Source: Arsenophonus sp. NC-PE1-MAG3 (GTDB lineage Bacteria; Pseudomonadota; Gammaproteobacteria; Enterobacterales; Enterobacteriaceae). From it: 64,000 nt of DNA. Both the position numbers and the translations under genes were made by a program. The notes beneath the pieces are model-generated. The model did not search any database and was not told where the DNA came from. It saw nothing but the letters and a program-made list of their open reading frames with translations. The DNA lies in NCBI GenBank assembly GCA_052174455.1, contig JBQMRP010000057.1, positions 42,778 through 106,777 of the forward strand, written 5' to 3'. Position 1 is the first letter of the stretch. Every line of letters begins with the position of its first letter. Positions 25,842 to 37,868 of the stretch are shown here, piece by piece.

Positions 25842-26351
25842 GAATTATACTAATTTCTGGTGTATGTAGTTTCAGAGATTGTAGGATATTCTACTGATTG
25901 TTTCGTGGATAATCTCAATCATATTGAGATGATATATCATGAAAAAGTCTAAACTACAGATATTTACAAAACTATGATATTACCTGTGATCCATTTCATA
26001 AACTTATTCGTAATGCTACTGGGAAATGGGTAGCATCGCTGTTGAGATAGAGCTTGAAGTCATTTGCTGGTAAACATACTAAATTGCAGCCTTGTCATCG
26101 CCAGTAACGGTTATTTGTTACAGCGAATCATATAGACTGATATTAGAAATATTAAGATTAAACTGATGAAGATTAAAAATCTCAGCACCAACGGAATATG
26201 CTTCAAAAGCTCGTTACTGTTGCCTTACTTAAAATGTGTAAAAAGTATTAAAGATGCTTCCCCATTACCTTACCGTAAAAGCATATTCACCAGTGAGTTT
26301 CACAAGCTCTTATGGCTTTTCTTGATGAAAAACATATGAACTCTCTCAGTA
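25842..26351 (+). mobile_element. IS256-family element, left third only
   Basis: GAATTATACTAATTTCTGGTGTATGTAGTTTCAGAG..., colinear with the first roughly 510 bp of full copies, then abruptly joined to an inverted right-end fragment. Confidence 0.75.
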
Positions 26352-26551
26352 GAGTTAATTAGCAAATCTGCTTTATAATGATTAAGTTTTACTCTGATGC
26401 TTTATGAATTTTGTTTTCCGTCCTTAAATTGGATGCATTTACCACCAATAATTAGCAGATCAACTACTCCCATTAGCCGATTCTAGCTTTTTTGAGTAGA
26501 CTATAGCAGCTTAAATAGTATCGAAAGGCTTGTTTTTTTAGTACAGTGTTC
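26352..26551 (-). mobile_element. IS256-family right-end fragment
   Basis: GAGTTAATTAGCAAATCTGC...TCCGTCCTTAAATTGGATG...GAAAGGCTTGTTTTTTTAG matches the right 200 bp of minus-oriented copies. Confidence 0.7.
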
Positions 26552-26581
26552 TAAAATAACTATTTCAATATTATTTAAGTT

Positions 26582-26737
26582 ACTCTCCGTCTGCTCAGAA
26601 AAGCTAGAAGTGGCTAAGGGTATTTACTTATTTTACTTAATGGTAAACAACGTTTAATTTAAGGATAAAAAATAGATTTATTAAGCATCAGAGGACAACT
26701 TAGCTTAGCCATTCTACATCAGATTTATTAATAATTC
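26582..26737 (+). mobile_element. IS256-family right-end fragment, inverted relative to 26352-26551
   Basis: CTCTCCGTCTGCTCAGAAAAGCT...GGTAAACAACGTTTAATTTAAGGATAAAAAATAGATTTATTAAGCATCAGAG...AGATTTATTAATAATTC. Confidence 0.7.
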
Positions 26738-26741
26738 CAGC

Positions 26742-27692
26742 CAAATATACCGATGCAGAGTAATTTTAAGCTTTTGACAAGAATTAGAATTGATGGCTTT
26801 GCAGCCCAATCTGCTATCATACGCTTATTACACTGTTCAATCATGCTATTTATTTTAGAATGAATAGGCGGACGAGATTAAGTCGGTGTTCTATACCAAG
26901 ATCTATACACAAATGGTTGAATTGCTATTTTCCGGTAGATGAAAGTTTCGAAGAACAGAACGACAATCTGAAAATTATTTGCCATTATTTATAAGCACTA
27001 ATGAATAAGATATAGGGAGAATATTTGGTTAATATCAGGTAAAAAATCAATCATTGAATACGGTTTTTGTTTGTAAAGCCAAATAAAACCCATTAATTTA
27101 TACGTTCTGCATCTAAAAAATATAATATCGTGAATTTTTGTCTGTTATTTACAAAAGATATTTACATCTTCTATGTGCAGCTAAGCATTCGTATAGCTTT
27201 TAAATGCTTTATGCTTCCAGATTCTGGAATTTCCTGCCTTATCTTACGTAAATTTACCCTCTATTCTTGCATAAATAAGAATTCAAATTAAATTGAGATA
27301 TTACTGGGTTTAGAAATTCACATAAAACTTGCTAATTCTTCTACTCTAGAAGAATTAGGAAAAAGCTTTTTTCAGGAAAACGTACAACTTCCCGAGTGCT
27401 CAACGTCATCATCAGCAAACGATGGGGATAATGTTGGCTGCGATCATCATCAACATCATCTCTCTTTACTCTTTAGCAACGGTAAATTCGGAGATGTCAT
27501 AACGCTTAGCTAAAGTAGATGGAGATTTTTCAGCTTGAAGAGCAAAACTAATTTAAGTGTTGTAGTTATCCTGATGATGGAACCTCATAATCATGATATT
27601 TTACTTCAACTATATCCCTTAGTAGCCATTTTTCCATGAATAAGATTATGCGACTAGAGTCTATACAATCCTTTTTGACCCTGAAGCAAACA
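26742..27692 (-). mobile_element. rve-type (IS481-like) IS, decayed, right end truncated by about 110 bp
   Basis: The minus-strand translation contains DLGIEHRLNLVRPPIHSKINSMIEQCNKRMI, resembling LGI.H...RP..PQTNGM.ERFN.RI of DDE/rve transposases. The left end is CTGAAGCAAACA (reverse complement TGTTTGCTTCAG). Colinear with three other copies. Confidence 0.6.
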
Positions 27693-28041
27693 GCTATTCA
27701 TTGCAATTTATTAAAAATGATGGGTTAAAACAATTAATAAAATTTCTTAATTAAACACTTAATAAGGAAACTAATTTGATTGTCTAATTAAATCAATATT
27801 TAGAAAAAATACAATAATAACATCGAAAATATCTCGATATGGTTGAAATTTTAAATTTCATTGACAATTAGTTACTTAATAATTTATTAAAATTAGTAAA
27901 AGTTCACCAAACTTAAAATCAATAAAAACGTTTTATATTATTATATTATTTAAATATGGGAAACCCGATATCTTAAATATTTTGATTATATCTGAGATTT
28001 TGATATCAGGCTAAAAATTCTTAACATGGTACTGGAATTAA

Positions 28042-29034
28042 TTATAAGATATCTGCAATAACTGCATGGCTTTCCGGCGACCATACACTACATTGAACTT
28101 GACCAATGTGCTTTTTATGAAGTAATAACATTACTAAACGAGATTGTCCAATACCCCCACCTATAGTTTGTGGCATTTTACCTTTTACCAATGCTTGATG
28201 CCATTCAAAAGACATTCTATCTTCATTACCTGTTATTGCTAATTGATATGTAAGTGCCTTTGTATCAACACGGATACCCATCGAAGAAATTTCAAATGCA
28301 TCCTGTATTATAGGGTTCCAAACAATAATATCACCATTTAAACCAACATAACCCTCACTATTAGGTGTTGTCCAATCATCATAATCTGGAGCACGTACAT
28401 CGTGAACAAAGCCATTCGATAGTTTATCTCCAATTCCAATAAGGAAAACTGCACCTAATTCTTTAGCTACTTCACGCTCTCTTCCTTTAGCATCAAGATC
28501 AAGATAGCGTTGTAATAGTTCTTCACTATGAAGAAAATGAATTTTCTCAGGTAAAAATGGAATTAAATCAAATTCTCTGCTAACCGCTTTTTCTGTTTCC
28601 TTTATTCCTTGATAAATTTTAATTACTGTCTGTTTTAAATAATCAAGAGAGCGCTCATCCTTAAGAATTATTTTTTCCCAATCCCATTGATCTACAAATA
28701 CAGAATGAATTGATGTCAGCGGATCTTCATCAGGACGCAATGCTTTCATATAGGCATAAATTCCTTGCCCAGGTTTAAAACTAAAACGACCTAAGGTTTT
28801 ACGTTTCCATTTAGCCAATGAATGTATAACTTCAAAAGTAGAATCTGGCATCGACTTTATTTTGACTTGTACTGCTTTTTCATAACCGGACAAATTATCT
28901 TGAATTCCATCACCGAGACGACTTAAGATAGGCGCTTGAACTTTAATTAATGCTAACTCTTTTTCTAAGAAACGCGAAAAAAAAGACTTAACAAAACTAA
29001 TTTGTTGTTGATTTTTTATAAATAACTTTTCCAT
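28042..29034 (-). CDS. asnA: aspartate--ammonia ligase
   Basis: 330 aa, colinear with E. coli AsnA ([12 protein letters not shown]...[23 protein letters not shown]...[14 protein letters not shown]). Confidence 0.96.
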   Translation of the reverse strand: MEKLFIKNQQQISFVKSFFSRFLEKELALIKVQAPILSRLGDGIQDNLSGYEKAVQVKIKSMPDSTFEVIHSLAKWKRKTLGRFSFKPGQGIYAYMKALRPDEDPLTSIHSVFVDQWDWEKIILKDERSLDYLKQTVIKIYQGIKETEKAVSREFDLIPFLPEKIHFLHSEELLQRYLDLDAKGREREVAKELGAVFLIGIGDKLSNGFVHDVRAPDYDDWTTPNSEGYVGLNGDIIVWNPIIQDAFEISSMGIRVDTKALTYQLAITGNEDRMSFEWHQALVKGKMPQTIGGGIGQSRLVMLLLHKKHIGQVQCSVWSPESHAVIADIL

Positions 29035-29318
29035 TTTTATCCTATAATCTGTAACATAATTTGCTTTATTTTAAATATTAAACAATAAAATTTATTATAA
29101 ATTCAATATTTTTAATAAAAAAGTAATTATGATTTTTAATTTTCAAAATTAGCCTTTAAAAATAAACAATCGTTAAAATAGTGTTTAAAATGATTAAAAA
29201 ATCTTTAAATCGATAACCTGAAGTATAGCATTTTTTATGAATTACTGAAATACACGACCTTACCATCTACCCTAAAATGACTAAATTTTATAAAAAGTCC
29301 TGATAAAATACATATCTG

Positions 29319-30730
29319 GAGTTATTAGAAATTTGATGTATGGTGGGCAGGGTATCGATTCGCTCTTATACTTTGTAAATCTGTTATTCATCCCTTAAAT
29401 TAAATGTTATTTTCACCAGGTTTAGAACCTAAAATCTCCTTAGTCAATTCCAGTTTTTCTAAGAAACTTAGAGTAGTTTAAATAGCAATTGAGAGGTTTT
29501 GCTTTTTGAACTACATCACTACGTGCGTCGGATTCATAGCCTCAGTGTCGCAGAAGCTAATTCAATCCGAATTGATTACTCCATTCATGCCCAGCAGTGT
29601 CCTGACAGGGAGATATAGAATGCCAGCCATTTTTAATTATTCTCCAACATCATTGTCTTTTAAGATAATACGCTGGAAAACCTTTCCAATAAAAGATTAA
29701 GGATTTATTAACAACATCCTGGCTCTCCTCTCTGGTAGCCAGAAGCATCTCTTCGCACAGCTCTTATACTCTTTAACTTTCTGTGCTGCATACCTTTTGG
29801 AGGTTAAGCTAGCGCATTATCTATTTTATTTACCAACAGCGTTGTTGCTATATGCTCAGAAATATCTTTGTTATTTTATTCTAAAACTAAGGACATCCTC
29901 GCCTTCCGTAGAAATTCTTAGAGATATAGTTAAGTCACGTCCTTGCAATTCACATTGAAGAATTCAGCCTAATGAGCTTCTGACTCCCGATAAACATCTT
30001 CGGCCGAAACGAGTTTCTTCTATCCATATGAGAGGGGAAGTTCCCTTACCGCTTTAACCAGAAAGGTAAAGGCGATCAACTTTTCTATAACCAGGACGGT
30101 CAAATGTCATCAGCCCAGCAATAAACGTAGGTATATCACTTAAATCATGCAGATATAATTATAATGCCCTTAAAGGCATTGATATTTCAGTTTACTTATG
30201 GCTCTCTTTAGCAAGAGACCACGTGCATTTCACCAAGAAGCGGCTCGAAGATTGATGAAAATCACCGATGCATGTACCTTATAAATATAGGTATGGCAGT
30301 AACTCTTTGACGTTTTGTACCATTCGAATAAGGCAGTGGTAAAGAGCTCTTGAATGATATTCCGTTGTCTCTAAGGTCTCTGACCTTAGGCACTTTAAAT
30401 ACTAGTATCACCCATAGCAGTTTATATATAGTTAATTGCGGCAGTTAACCGTTACGGATAACGGCTTTCTACTCGTTAATAAAGGTGGTGAGACATGTTG
30501 CGCAACATGGATTTGTACTGCCTCAACGATACTGCTATCAGTTACCTGGCATTATTACAAATAAGTTCATACGAGGGGGATAACAGGAAATATCTGGTTT
30601 TGCAGATACCTGTAAAGTAAACCTTTCATGAGATATAATCTCTCTAATTATTGAAATCATTCACGAAATTAATTAGTAGGATACATCACCATCTCCCCCC
30701 GAAACCCATACATAAAAATAAGCATAACTC
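29319..30730 (-). mobile_element. IS256-family element (about 1.41 kb), decayed
   Basis: The plus strand starts GAGTTATTAGAAATTTGATGTATGG and ends ...CATACATAAAAATAAGCATAACTC. Confidence 0.85.
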
Positions 30731-31444
30731 TCTCCTTCAATAAACAGTAATAAATAATTAAAATTATTTTAAATAAATATTTTATCTTATTTTTATTTAT
30801 ATTTTAATTATGAAATTTTATTAAAAACTTTTATTTAATTTCATAATTTATTTACTTAATTATTGTTAATTTTATAGTATTTTACTATTTATTTATATTT
30901 GTTTAAGTTAAAACTTATAGAATAGTTTAATTTTGTATATTACATGTTTAATTATATTTAGATAAATAACAGACTAGATTATTATCTATAATCTATCTAA
31001 TCAATCTACCAATAAATGAATAACAGATAAAATTTATATAAATTCTAATATTAATTAATATTAACCAAGTTTATTTAAATAAAACTATTTATTTATAAAT
31101 AGTTAATTATATAGTAACTACTATTTAAATTTATAAAATCTAAATTTTCATAAATATTCACAATAATATGAACTGAAATATAAAATTGTAATTAGATTAC
31201 AGGAAAAGTAAATATAACAATATTTAATATCTTTTATACTTATTATTATAATATAATAATACTAGAAATACTGAAACTTTCAATTTATAAAAATCTTAAT
31301 TTATAAAATTATATTAATATAACTATATTAAATTATTACTAATAATTATTTTATTAAAAATAAAATAATATTAAATTGATTTAATTATAATTAATAACAA
31401 TAATTAATTAAATCAATCATTTAATTTAAGAAATTTTCTTATAT
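30731..31444. other. Extremely AT-rich 714-bp spacer with no ORF, bracketed by two facing IS256 left ends
   Basis: GC content looks close to 10% by eye. Contains local palindromes, for example AATTATGAAATT...AATTTCATAATT near 30806-30849 and ATTGATTTAATTA...TAATTAAATCAAT at 31374-31416. No similarity recognised. Confidence 0.5.
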
Positions 31445-31459
31445 AAATAAGCATAACTC

Positions 31460-32846
31460 ATTTCTAGTGTATAGAGTTTCGGAAAAGGTAGCGTATCCTG
31501 CTAATTGATTCTATGAATGATTTTAATCAAAAAGAAATGATATACCATAAAAACCTATCTTATATAGATATCTGAAAATAGATATTATCTGTGATTCATT
31601 GTATGATACATTCATAATTCTAGCAGGGAACTGATAGATCCGCTGTTGAGGTTAAAACGAAGCTATGCTGTAAGAGATGATCAATGTCACTTTCTTAATA
31701 GAGTGACTATAACGTCGTCCGTAACAATTATTTTCCACAGCAAACTATACAGACTGATATTGACAATGTTGAGATTAAAGTGCTTAAGGTCGGGATTATA
31801 GCAGCAACGGAATATTCTTCAACAGCTTGCTTATACTTCCTTATCTAGGGATGCAAAAATAGTGAATAGTTTTACTATGGGGTGTGGGGTTGGGTATCCG
31901 GCAAAATATTTTTACCACTGATTTTTATAAAGCTTTAGGGTACTTCTTGAAAAAGCACATATTCTCTCTGCCAGTACATAAATAAACTGAAACAGTAATA
32001 TCTTAAAGAACATTGGCAATGGTGATACTTTCCTGATTTAAACAATACGCGTTAGTTTATTTCTGGTACGATGACATACACTAGTATGTCAAGCAAGATG
32101 ATCGCCATGCCTTACTATTTCATTTATCGACATCACTGAATGTAGATGTAAGAGAAACTAATTGCAGTAAAATATATTTATTAAGAGTCAGAAGAAAACT
32201 TGGCATAACTTTTCAATGGCCTACTGGAAACGCAGGACTTAACCATATACACCAGACTTATTACGGAATACTGAATACCACCACTTTTTGGTTTTGAAAT
32301 AAAATGGAAAGAGATACTCAAAAATACACAGCACCAACGTTATTTTGAGTACACAAAATAGCTCATGCGCTACCTTTTACTCGTAAAAGGTAGATAAAAC
32401 AGCAAATTAAAATTTGAGTTTCAGGAGATTCGGATAACAGAGAGTCCTGATATCACTAATAAAACCTTTAATGTTTTGTTAGCAAGGTTTTAGTAGTATT
32501 CTGCAGAGATGAATAAGGTGAAGAAAGAGCGAGAACAGCTTCTGGCATTCTATGCTTTTTAATTTATGTTACAGAGCATCAATAAGAACGACAAATCTGA
32601 TTGAATCAGGTTTTGTAATAGTGAGGATATGAAATCGATTCTCGAGCACTATAGTTCGAGAAAAGCAACAATTTAATAGTATTGAATCCTCTCCCGTCTG
32701 CTCAGAAAAGCTGAATCACTCTTAAGTGGAGTTGATTTGTCATCCTGTGATGACAAACAACGTTAAATTTAATGATGGAGAACAGATTCACGAATCATTA
32801 GAAATGAAATATATTCATTATTATACACTAGATTTGCTAATAACTC
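31460..32846 (+). mobile_element. IS256-family element lacking its first 11 nt or so, preceded by an inverted 15-nt left-end stub (31445-31459)
   Basis: The sequence reads AAATAAGCATAACTC|ATTTCTAGTGTATAGAGTTTCGG, where GAGTTATGCTTATTTCTAGTG is expected. The right end is ...GATTTGCTAATAACTC. Confidence 0.8.
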
Positions 32847-32888
32847 CATATAAATTATATTTAGTTAAATTATTTTATAATTATTTAG

Positions 32889-33947
32889 TGTTCTGAATCA
32901 TTATATAGACCCTAGTCGCACAAGCGATATTCATAGCAAAGATGGCTACTGTGCATGATATACTTAAGGGTAAATATCATGATTATTAAGCTCCATTGTC
33001 AGGAAACTACAACACATAAAATTAGTGATGCGCTTCCGAACATCAAAGATCGTGTATCTATTTTTGCTAATCGTTATAACATATCTAAACTACTTATACT
33101 AAAAGGGAAAGGATAAGACAATATTGATTATCAGAATCATATTCCCCTATCTTTTACCAATAACGCTGTCACGGATTCAGGAATCCGTTATCATTTTATT
33201 TCAAAAAACTACTTTCTCCATCTTGCCGGTCGATCTGCTGGCAGGTTGTCCCCCGTACGCAAATTCCTAAAACCAATTACATCTTAATCTAGCTTGAATC
33301 GCTGTTTTCGTAAACCAGAAGTAAGGAATTTATGTAAAATAAGGAAGAAAATTCCATAATCCGTAAGCATAAAGCATTTAAAAGTTATGCGCCTGCTTAG
33401 CTATATGTAGCTGTAAATATTTTCCATAAATAGCAAATAAATATCATGACATATACCTTTTCTTAGCTATATATCCCATAACTCGATAAGTTTTATCCGG
33501 CTTTATAAGCCAAAGACCACAGTTAATCACTGATGCTTTTTACCTAATTTTAACCAATAATCCCCTAGATCTTCTTCATGTAGTACTTATAGACAATGGC
33601 AGTAATTTCATACCACCATTTTACTCTTCGAAAATACTTATCTATCGGAAAATAAGAATTTGACCATTTCTGTATAGATCTTCGTATAGAATACCGATTT
33701 AACCCTGACTCTGCAGTCTATTCATCCTAAAACAAATAGCACATGATTAAACAATGTAATGAGCGCATGATAAAAAATGAGCTACAAAGCATTCATTTTA
33801 ATTCTTATCAAGAGCTTGAGATCACTCTGCATCGATATATTTAGTTTTATACTTATAGATTATTCAATCAGTATTGACTAGCAAAACTTCATTACAATCT
33901 ATAAAGATTGGTTAAAAGTTAAACCTAAATTATTCAAAAAAACCATA
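32889..33947 (+). mobile_element. rve-type (IS481-like) IS, about 1.06 kb, decayed
   Basis: The left end is TGTTCTGAATCATTATATAGACCCTAGTCGCA. The C-terminal remnant is FCIDLRIEYRFNPDSAVYSS.NK.HMIKQCNERMI...FNSYQELEITLHRYI. The right end ...AAAAAAACCATAC abuts the ydiK stop codon. Confidence 0.6.
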
Positions 33948-35036
33948 CTATCTTTCAGGAGAAGTGACAGGTAATTTAGCTGGTTTCGAAACTTCATTCA
34001 TCCAGGTAGTTAGTAACTTATGTGAGACAGCTAAAACGACTGGACCAATAAAAAGACCAATTATGCCAAATGATAAAATTCCACCAATTACACCAATAAA
34101 AATAAGTATCATTGATAAATTTGTTCCCCTTTTTATTAAAAATGGCCGTAATACGCCATCCATTGTTGCTACAATTATGCTCCATATAATTATTATAATA
34201 GCGCAACTGGTATTGCCTAACCAGAATAACCATATTATGGAGGGCAGCATAATCAATAATGGACCAAGTTGAGCAACACAACATACAAAAACGAGAATTG
34301 TTAATATTTCAGAATAAGGAATATCCGCTAAAGCTAAACCAATACCACTGGTAATTGCTTGTATTAATGCAGTTACAACTACACCTAATGCAACAGCGCG
34401 AATTGATTGACCAGCAAGTAGAATAGCAATATCACCCTGCGTACCTGCTAGTCGAATAGCAAAATGTCGAATACTTAATATAACACTTTCTCCCTTTAGA
34501 TAAAGTAATGCACTAAATAGTAACATTACGATAAGATGAAACATAAAACGCCCAGCATTAATAGCTTGTGCTAAAAACCAACTAGTTGCTTCTCCAACAT
34601 ACGGTTGTAGTTTAGAAATTAATGTATTACCACCATTAGATACCAATGTATGCCAACTATAAAAAAGTTTATTACCTATAAATGGTATATTTTTTAACCA
34701 TAACAGTTCGGGTAATCTAATTTCAGACGGCGATTTTGCCCATTCAATTAATGGGCCACTATTTTCTATAATACTACTAATTAGCATTGCAAAAGGAATA
34801 ACAAATAGTAAGATTACTAATAGTGTTATCGCTATACTTGCTAGCCATTTTTTATACCACAGTTTGCTTTCAATTTTTTTGAATAATGGCCAGGTTGCAA
34901 TAACTAGCATGCCCGCCCAGAGAAAACCAAGTATGAACGGTTTCAATACCAAAAAAGATACTGTTATCATCAATAAAATAGCAATTATGCTTAAAATTAA
35001 TTTTGGTAAATCATTAGGGGATTGCGATTTTTCCAT
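33948..35036 (-). CDS. ydiK: AI-2E family transporter YdiK
   Basis: 362 aa, colinear with E. coli YdiK (PFILGFLWAGMLVIATWP...IRAVALGVVVTAL.QA...GLFIGPVVLAVS). Divergent from sufA, as in the E. coli neighbourhood. Confidence 0.88.
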   Translation of the reverse strand: MEKSQSPNDLPKLILSIIAILLMITVSFLVLKPFILGFLWAGMLVIATWPLFKKIESKLWYKKWLASIAITLLVILLFVIPFAMLISSIIENSGPLIEWAKSPSEIRLPELLWLKNIPFIGNKLFYSWHTLVSNGGNTLISKLQPYVGEATSWFLAQAINAGRFMFHLIVMLLFSALLYLKGESVILSIRHFAIRLAGTQGDIAILLAGQSIRAVALGVVVTALIQAITSGIGLALADIPYSEILTILVFVCCVAQLGPLLIMLPSIIWLFWLGNTSCAIIIIIWSIIVATMDGVLRPFLIKRGTNLSMILIFIGVIGGILSFGIIGLFIGPVVLAVSHKLLTTWMNEVSKPAKLPVTSPER

Positions 35037-35946
35037 AAATTAGCCTAATTATAAAAAATTAAGAATGGGATATTATCAATGATCTATTACATGATTAATG
35101 ATATTATAACTAATAAAAGTAGGGTGATAATGAAATCATGTTGTTTATAAAATATTAATTACCAAGTTTTATCTGGTATGATCTCTTGTAAAGAGATAGT
35201 ACATAAAATGCAAAGTGAACACTAATTAAAAAAGTTACTAGTATCATGATCACGCCATATAGGACACGCTTATCAAATAAATTAGCAAATAAAAAGGTAT
35301 TTAACTATATTAAAAGACTAAAGTTTTAATGGTGATTTAACAACAAGTTAAACTGAATTTTTATCAATGGAAATAGATAATAGTAGAGTTATGCTAATTT
35401 CTCTTAACTATATCTCTCAATAGCTATCATGTTATAAACAAGGCTTGTGCGTCCAAGATCTATATAATGATCCTGGATCAAATAGCTAACCTATTAAACC
35501 AGTATCTTCAAAAAAGTACGTAGCGTATGTAATATTATCTATCTTAGTCATTTATAAAAATTTTATTAATAAAAGTCTTTGATGAATAATTAAGACTAAG
35601 TTGTATTTTCCGATTAATAATAATTATAACTTTATTATTACTAATTAAAGATAAAAAAAGATAATAAGTTGATCGTTTATCTATATTTTGTTTGTCAAGT
35701 TTTAAATATTATTGAATTTATAAATTAATTTTATTAATTAATAATTTGATATAATTAATAAATTAACTTATCTGAACTAATAATAAAATAAATACCACTT
35801 TTTTTCTGAAAAACACTCTAATAAAAATATCTACTTAAATAAGTGGTTAAAGTGAAAGATATTATCTTAATATGTGTAATATTAGCAAAAAAATCTAGTT
35901 ACATTGATAGTGTATTTAGTAAAAAATTAGTTTAATGAGGTCACTA

Positions 35947-36315
35947 ATGACAGAACACGTCGATACTTCTTCTTTAAATAAAACAATTTGGCAAGGCCTT
36001 ACCATGACCGATAAGGCGGCTACTCAAATTAGTAAATTAATGAAAAAAAATCCTGATAGTCAGGGACTATCTCTTAAGATTAAACAATCAGGTTGTGCGA
36101 GATTTAGTTATGTTATTACATTGATAGATAATCCAACCCAAGAATATTTGCTGTTTGAACACAATGGCGCTAAGCTTTTTGTTCCTCTAAAAGCAATGCC
36201 ACTTATTGATGGCATTGAAGTTGATTATGTTCATGAGGGACTTAATCAAGTATTCAAATTTAATAATCCTAAGGCTCACCACGCTTGTGGTTGTGGTGAA
36301 AGCTTTGATATTTAA
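35947..36315 (+). CDS. sufA: Fe-S cluster assembly scaffold / A-type carrier SufA
   Basis: Colinear with E. coli SufA (WQGLT...KQSGCA.F.Y...LLFEHNGAKLFVPL.AMP.IDG.EVD...NPKA...CGCGESF). ATG 35947 has GAGG 7 nt upstream. The tracked ORF starts at ATG 35935. Confidence 0.93.
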   Translation: MTEHVDTSSLNKTIWQGLTMTDKAATQISKLMKKNPDSQGLSLKIKQSGCARFSYVITLIDNPTQEYLLFEHNGAKLFVPLKAMPLIDGIEVDYVHEGLNQVFKFNNPKAHHACGCGESFDI

Positions 36316-36327
36316 GTGAATTAAACT

Positions 36328-37824
36328 ATGTTACAGTATAATATAGAAATTGGTCATGATGTTCAGCAATGGTTAGAGAAACGTCGTTATAAAGAGGGTT
36401 TTTTTACTCAGGTTGCAACGGATGAATTACCTAAAGGTCTTAATGAAGAGATCATTAAAGCCATTTCAACAAAACGTAATGAACCTGATTGGATGTTGCA
36501 ATTTCGCTTAGAAGCTTATCAACATTGGTTGAGTATGGAAGAACCTCACTGGCTTAAAGGCTATTACCCTAATTTAAACTATCAGGAATATAGTTATTAT
36601 TCGGCACCATCCTGCAATAGTTTCGATAATAATCGCCACATTAAATCCAATTCAAAAACAGAGGTGGGAAATAATAATAATAATTATCTGACTACAGAAG
36701 TTGAAGAAACGTTTAATAAACTTGGCGTACCAGTACGTGATGAAAAATTAGTTGCGGTAGACGCTATTTTTGATTCTGTTTCTGTTTCAACAACTTATCG
36801 TGTTGAATTAGCAAAACTGAGTATTATTTTTTGCTCTTTCAGTGAAGCAATCCAACAATACCCTGAATTAGTAAAAAAATATATTGGTACAGTCGTTTCT
36901 AATCAGGATAACTTTTTTGCTGCATTGAATTCTGCTGTCGCTTCCGATGGAACATTTGTTTATATACCAAAGGGAGTTCGTTGCCCGATGGAATTATCAA
37001 CCTATTTTCGTATTAATGCAGCGAAGACCGGTCAGTTTGAGCGCACTATCTTGATTGCTGATGAAGGCAGTTATGTTAGTTATATTGAAGGATGTTCTGC
37101 TCCAGTGCGTGATAGTTATCAACTACATGCTGCTGTAGTTGAAGTTATTATTCATAAAGATGCTGAAGTAAAATACTCTACTGTACAAAATTGGTTTTCA
37201 GGTTATGAAAATGAACCTGCTGGTATTTTAAACTTTGTTACCAAACGTGCTTTATGTGAGGGTGAGAATGCCAAAATGTCCTGGGCCCAGTCTGAAACAG
37301 GATCGGCTATTACTTGGAAATATCCCAGCGTTATTCTGCAAGGAGATAATTCAGTTGGGGAATTTTTTTCAGTAGCATTAACCAATGGTAACCAACAAGC
37401 TGATACCGGTACAAAAATGATCCATATTGGTAAAAATACGCATTCCACCATCATTTCTAAAGGGATTTCAGCAGGTCGCAGTCAAAATAGTTACCGCGGT
37501 TTAGTAAAGATTTTACCAACTGCCGAAAATGCCAGAAATTATACCCAATGTGATTCTATGTTAATTGGCACTAAATGTGGCGCGCATACCTTTCCTTCTA
37601 TTAAGATAAAAAATAGTAGTGCACAGTTAGAACATGAAGCCACAACATCTCGTATTAGTGAAGATCAACTTTTTTATTGCTTACAACGTGGCATTAGTGA
37701 GGAAAACGCCATTTCTATGATCGTAAATGGTTTCTGTAAAGATGTCTTTTCTGAATTACCATTAGAATTTGTTGTTGAAGCGCAAAAATTGTTATCAATT
37801 AGCTTGGAACATAGTGTGGGTTAA
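36328..37824 (+). CDS. sufB: Fe-S cluster assembly protein SufB
   Basis: 498 aa, colinear with E. coli SufB. Has an Asn-rich low-complexity insert (GNNNNNY) in the N-terminal variable region. Confidence 0.97.
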   Translation: MLQYNIEIGHDVQQWLEKRRYKEGFFTQVATDELPKGLNEEIIKAISTKRNEPDWMLQFRLEAYQHWLSMEEPHWLKGYYPNLNYQEYSYYSAPSCNSFDNNRHIKSNSKTEVGNNNNNYLTTEVEETFNKLGVPVRDEKLVAVDAIFDSVSVSTTYRVELAKLSIIFCSFSEAIQQYPELVKKYIGTVVSNQDNFFAALNSAVASDGTFVYIPKGVRCPMELSTYFRINAAKTGQFERTILIADEGSYVSYIEGCSAPVRDSYQLHAAVVEVIIHKDAEVKYSTVQNWFSGYENEPAGILNFVTKRALCEGENAKMSWAQSETGSAITWKYPSVILQGDNSVGEFFSVALTNGNQQADTGTKMIHIGKNTHSTIISKGISAGRSQNSYRGLVKILPTAENARNYTQCDSMLIGTKCGAHTFPSIKIKNSSAQLEHEATTSRISEDQLFYCLQRGISEENAISMIVNGFCKDVFSELPLEFVVEAQKLLSISLEHSVG

Positions 37825-37868
37825 TGGTTTTTATTAAAAGAATATTCAGTTACTCAAAGGCTAATGAA

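Noticed and set aside
30731-31444. CRISPR array or tandem repeats in the AT-rich blocks (also 35560-35930, 46023-46700 and 62490-62900).
   Set aside because: No regularly spaced direct repeats. There is only low-complexity A/T sequence with short chance palindromes. The block at 46306-46800 is decayed pykF.
33964-34284. ORFs of 102 aa (+) and 88 aa (-) overlapping ydiK, and small ORFs inside nusG, rplK, rplJ, rplL, rpoB, rpoC, sufB and sufC.
   Set aside because: They are alternative-frame or antisense ORFs inside strongly conserved genes, with no independent evidence.
35560-35946. Fur, IscR or OxyR operator sites upstream of sufA, for example GATAATAAGTTGATCGTTTATC near 35610-35631.
   Set aside because: Only about half of the Fur-box positions match, and in DNA this AT-rich such matches are expected by chance. 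No support without a PWM scan and comparative data.
36600-36720. The SufB N-terminal region reads [10 protein letters not shown]...GNNNNNY where, from memory, E. coli SufB has a Cys-rich CxxCxxxC segment.
   Set aside because: I cannot verify the E. coli motif without a database. That segment is variable and reported to be dispensable. The downstream conserved Cys/Glu regions look intact, so this is probably neutral AT-driven drift.
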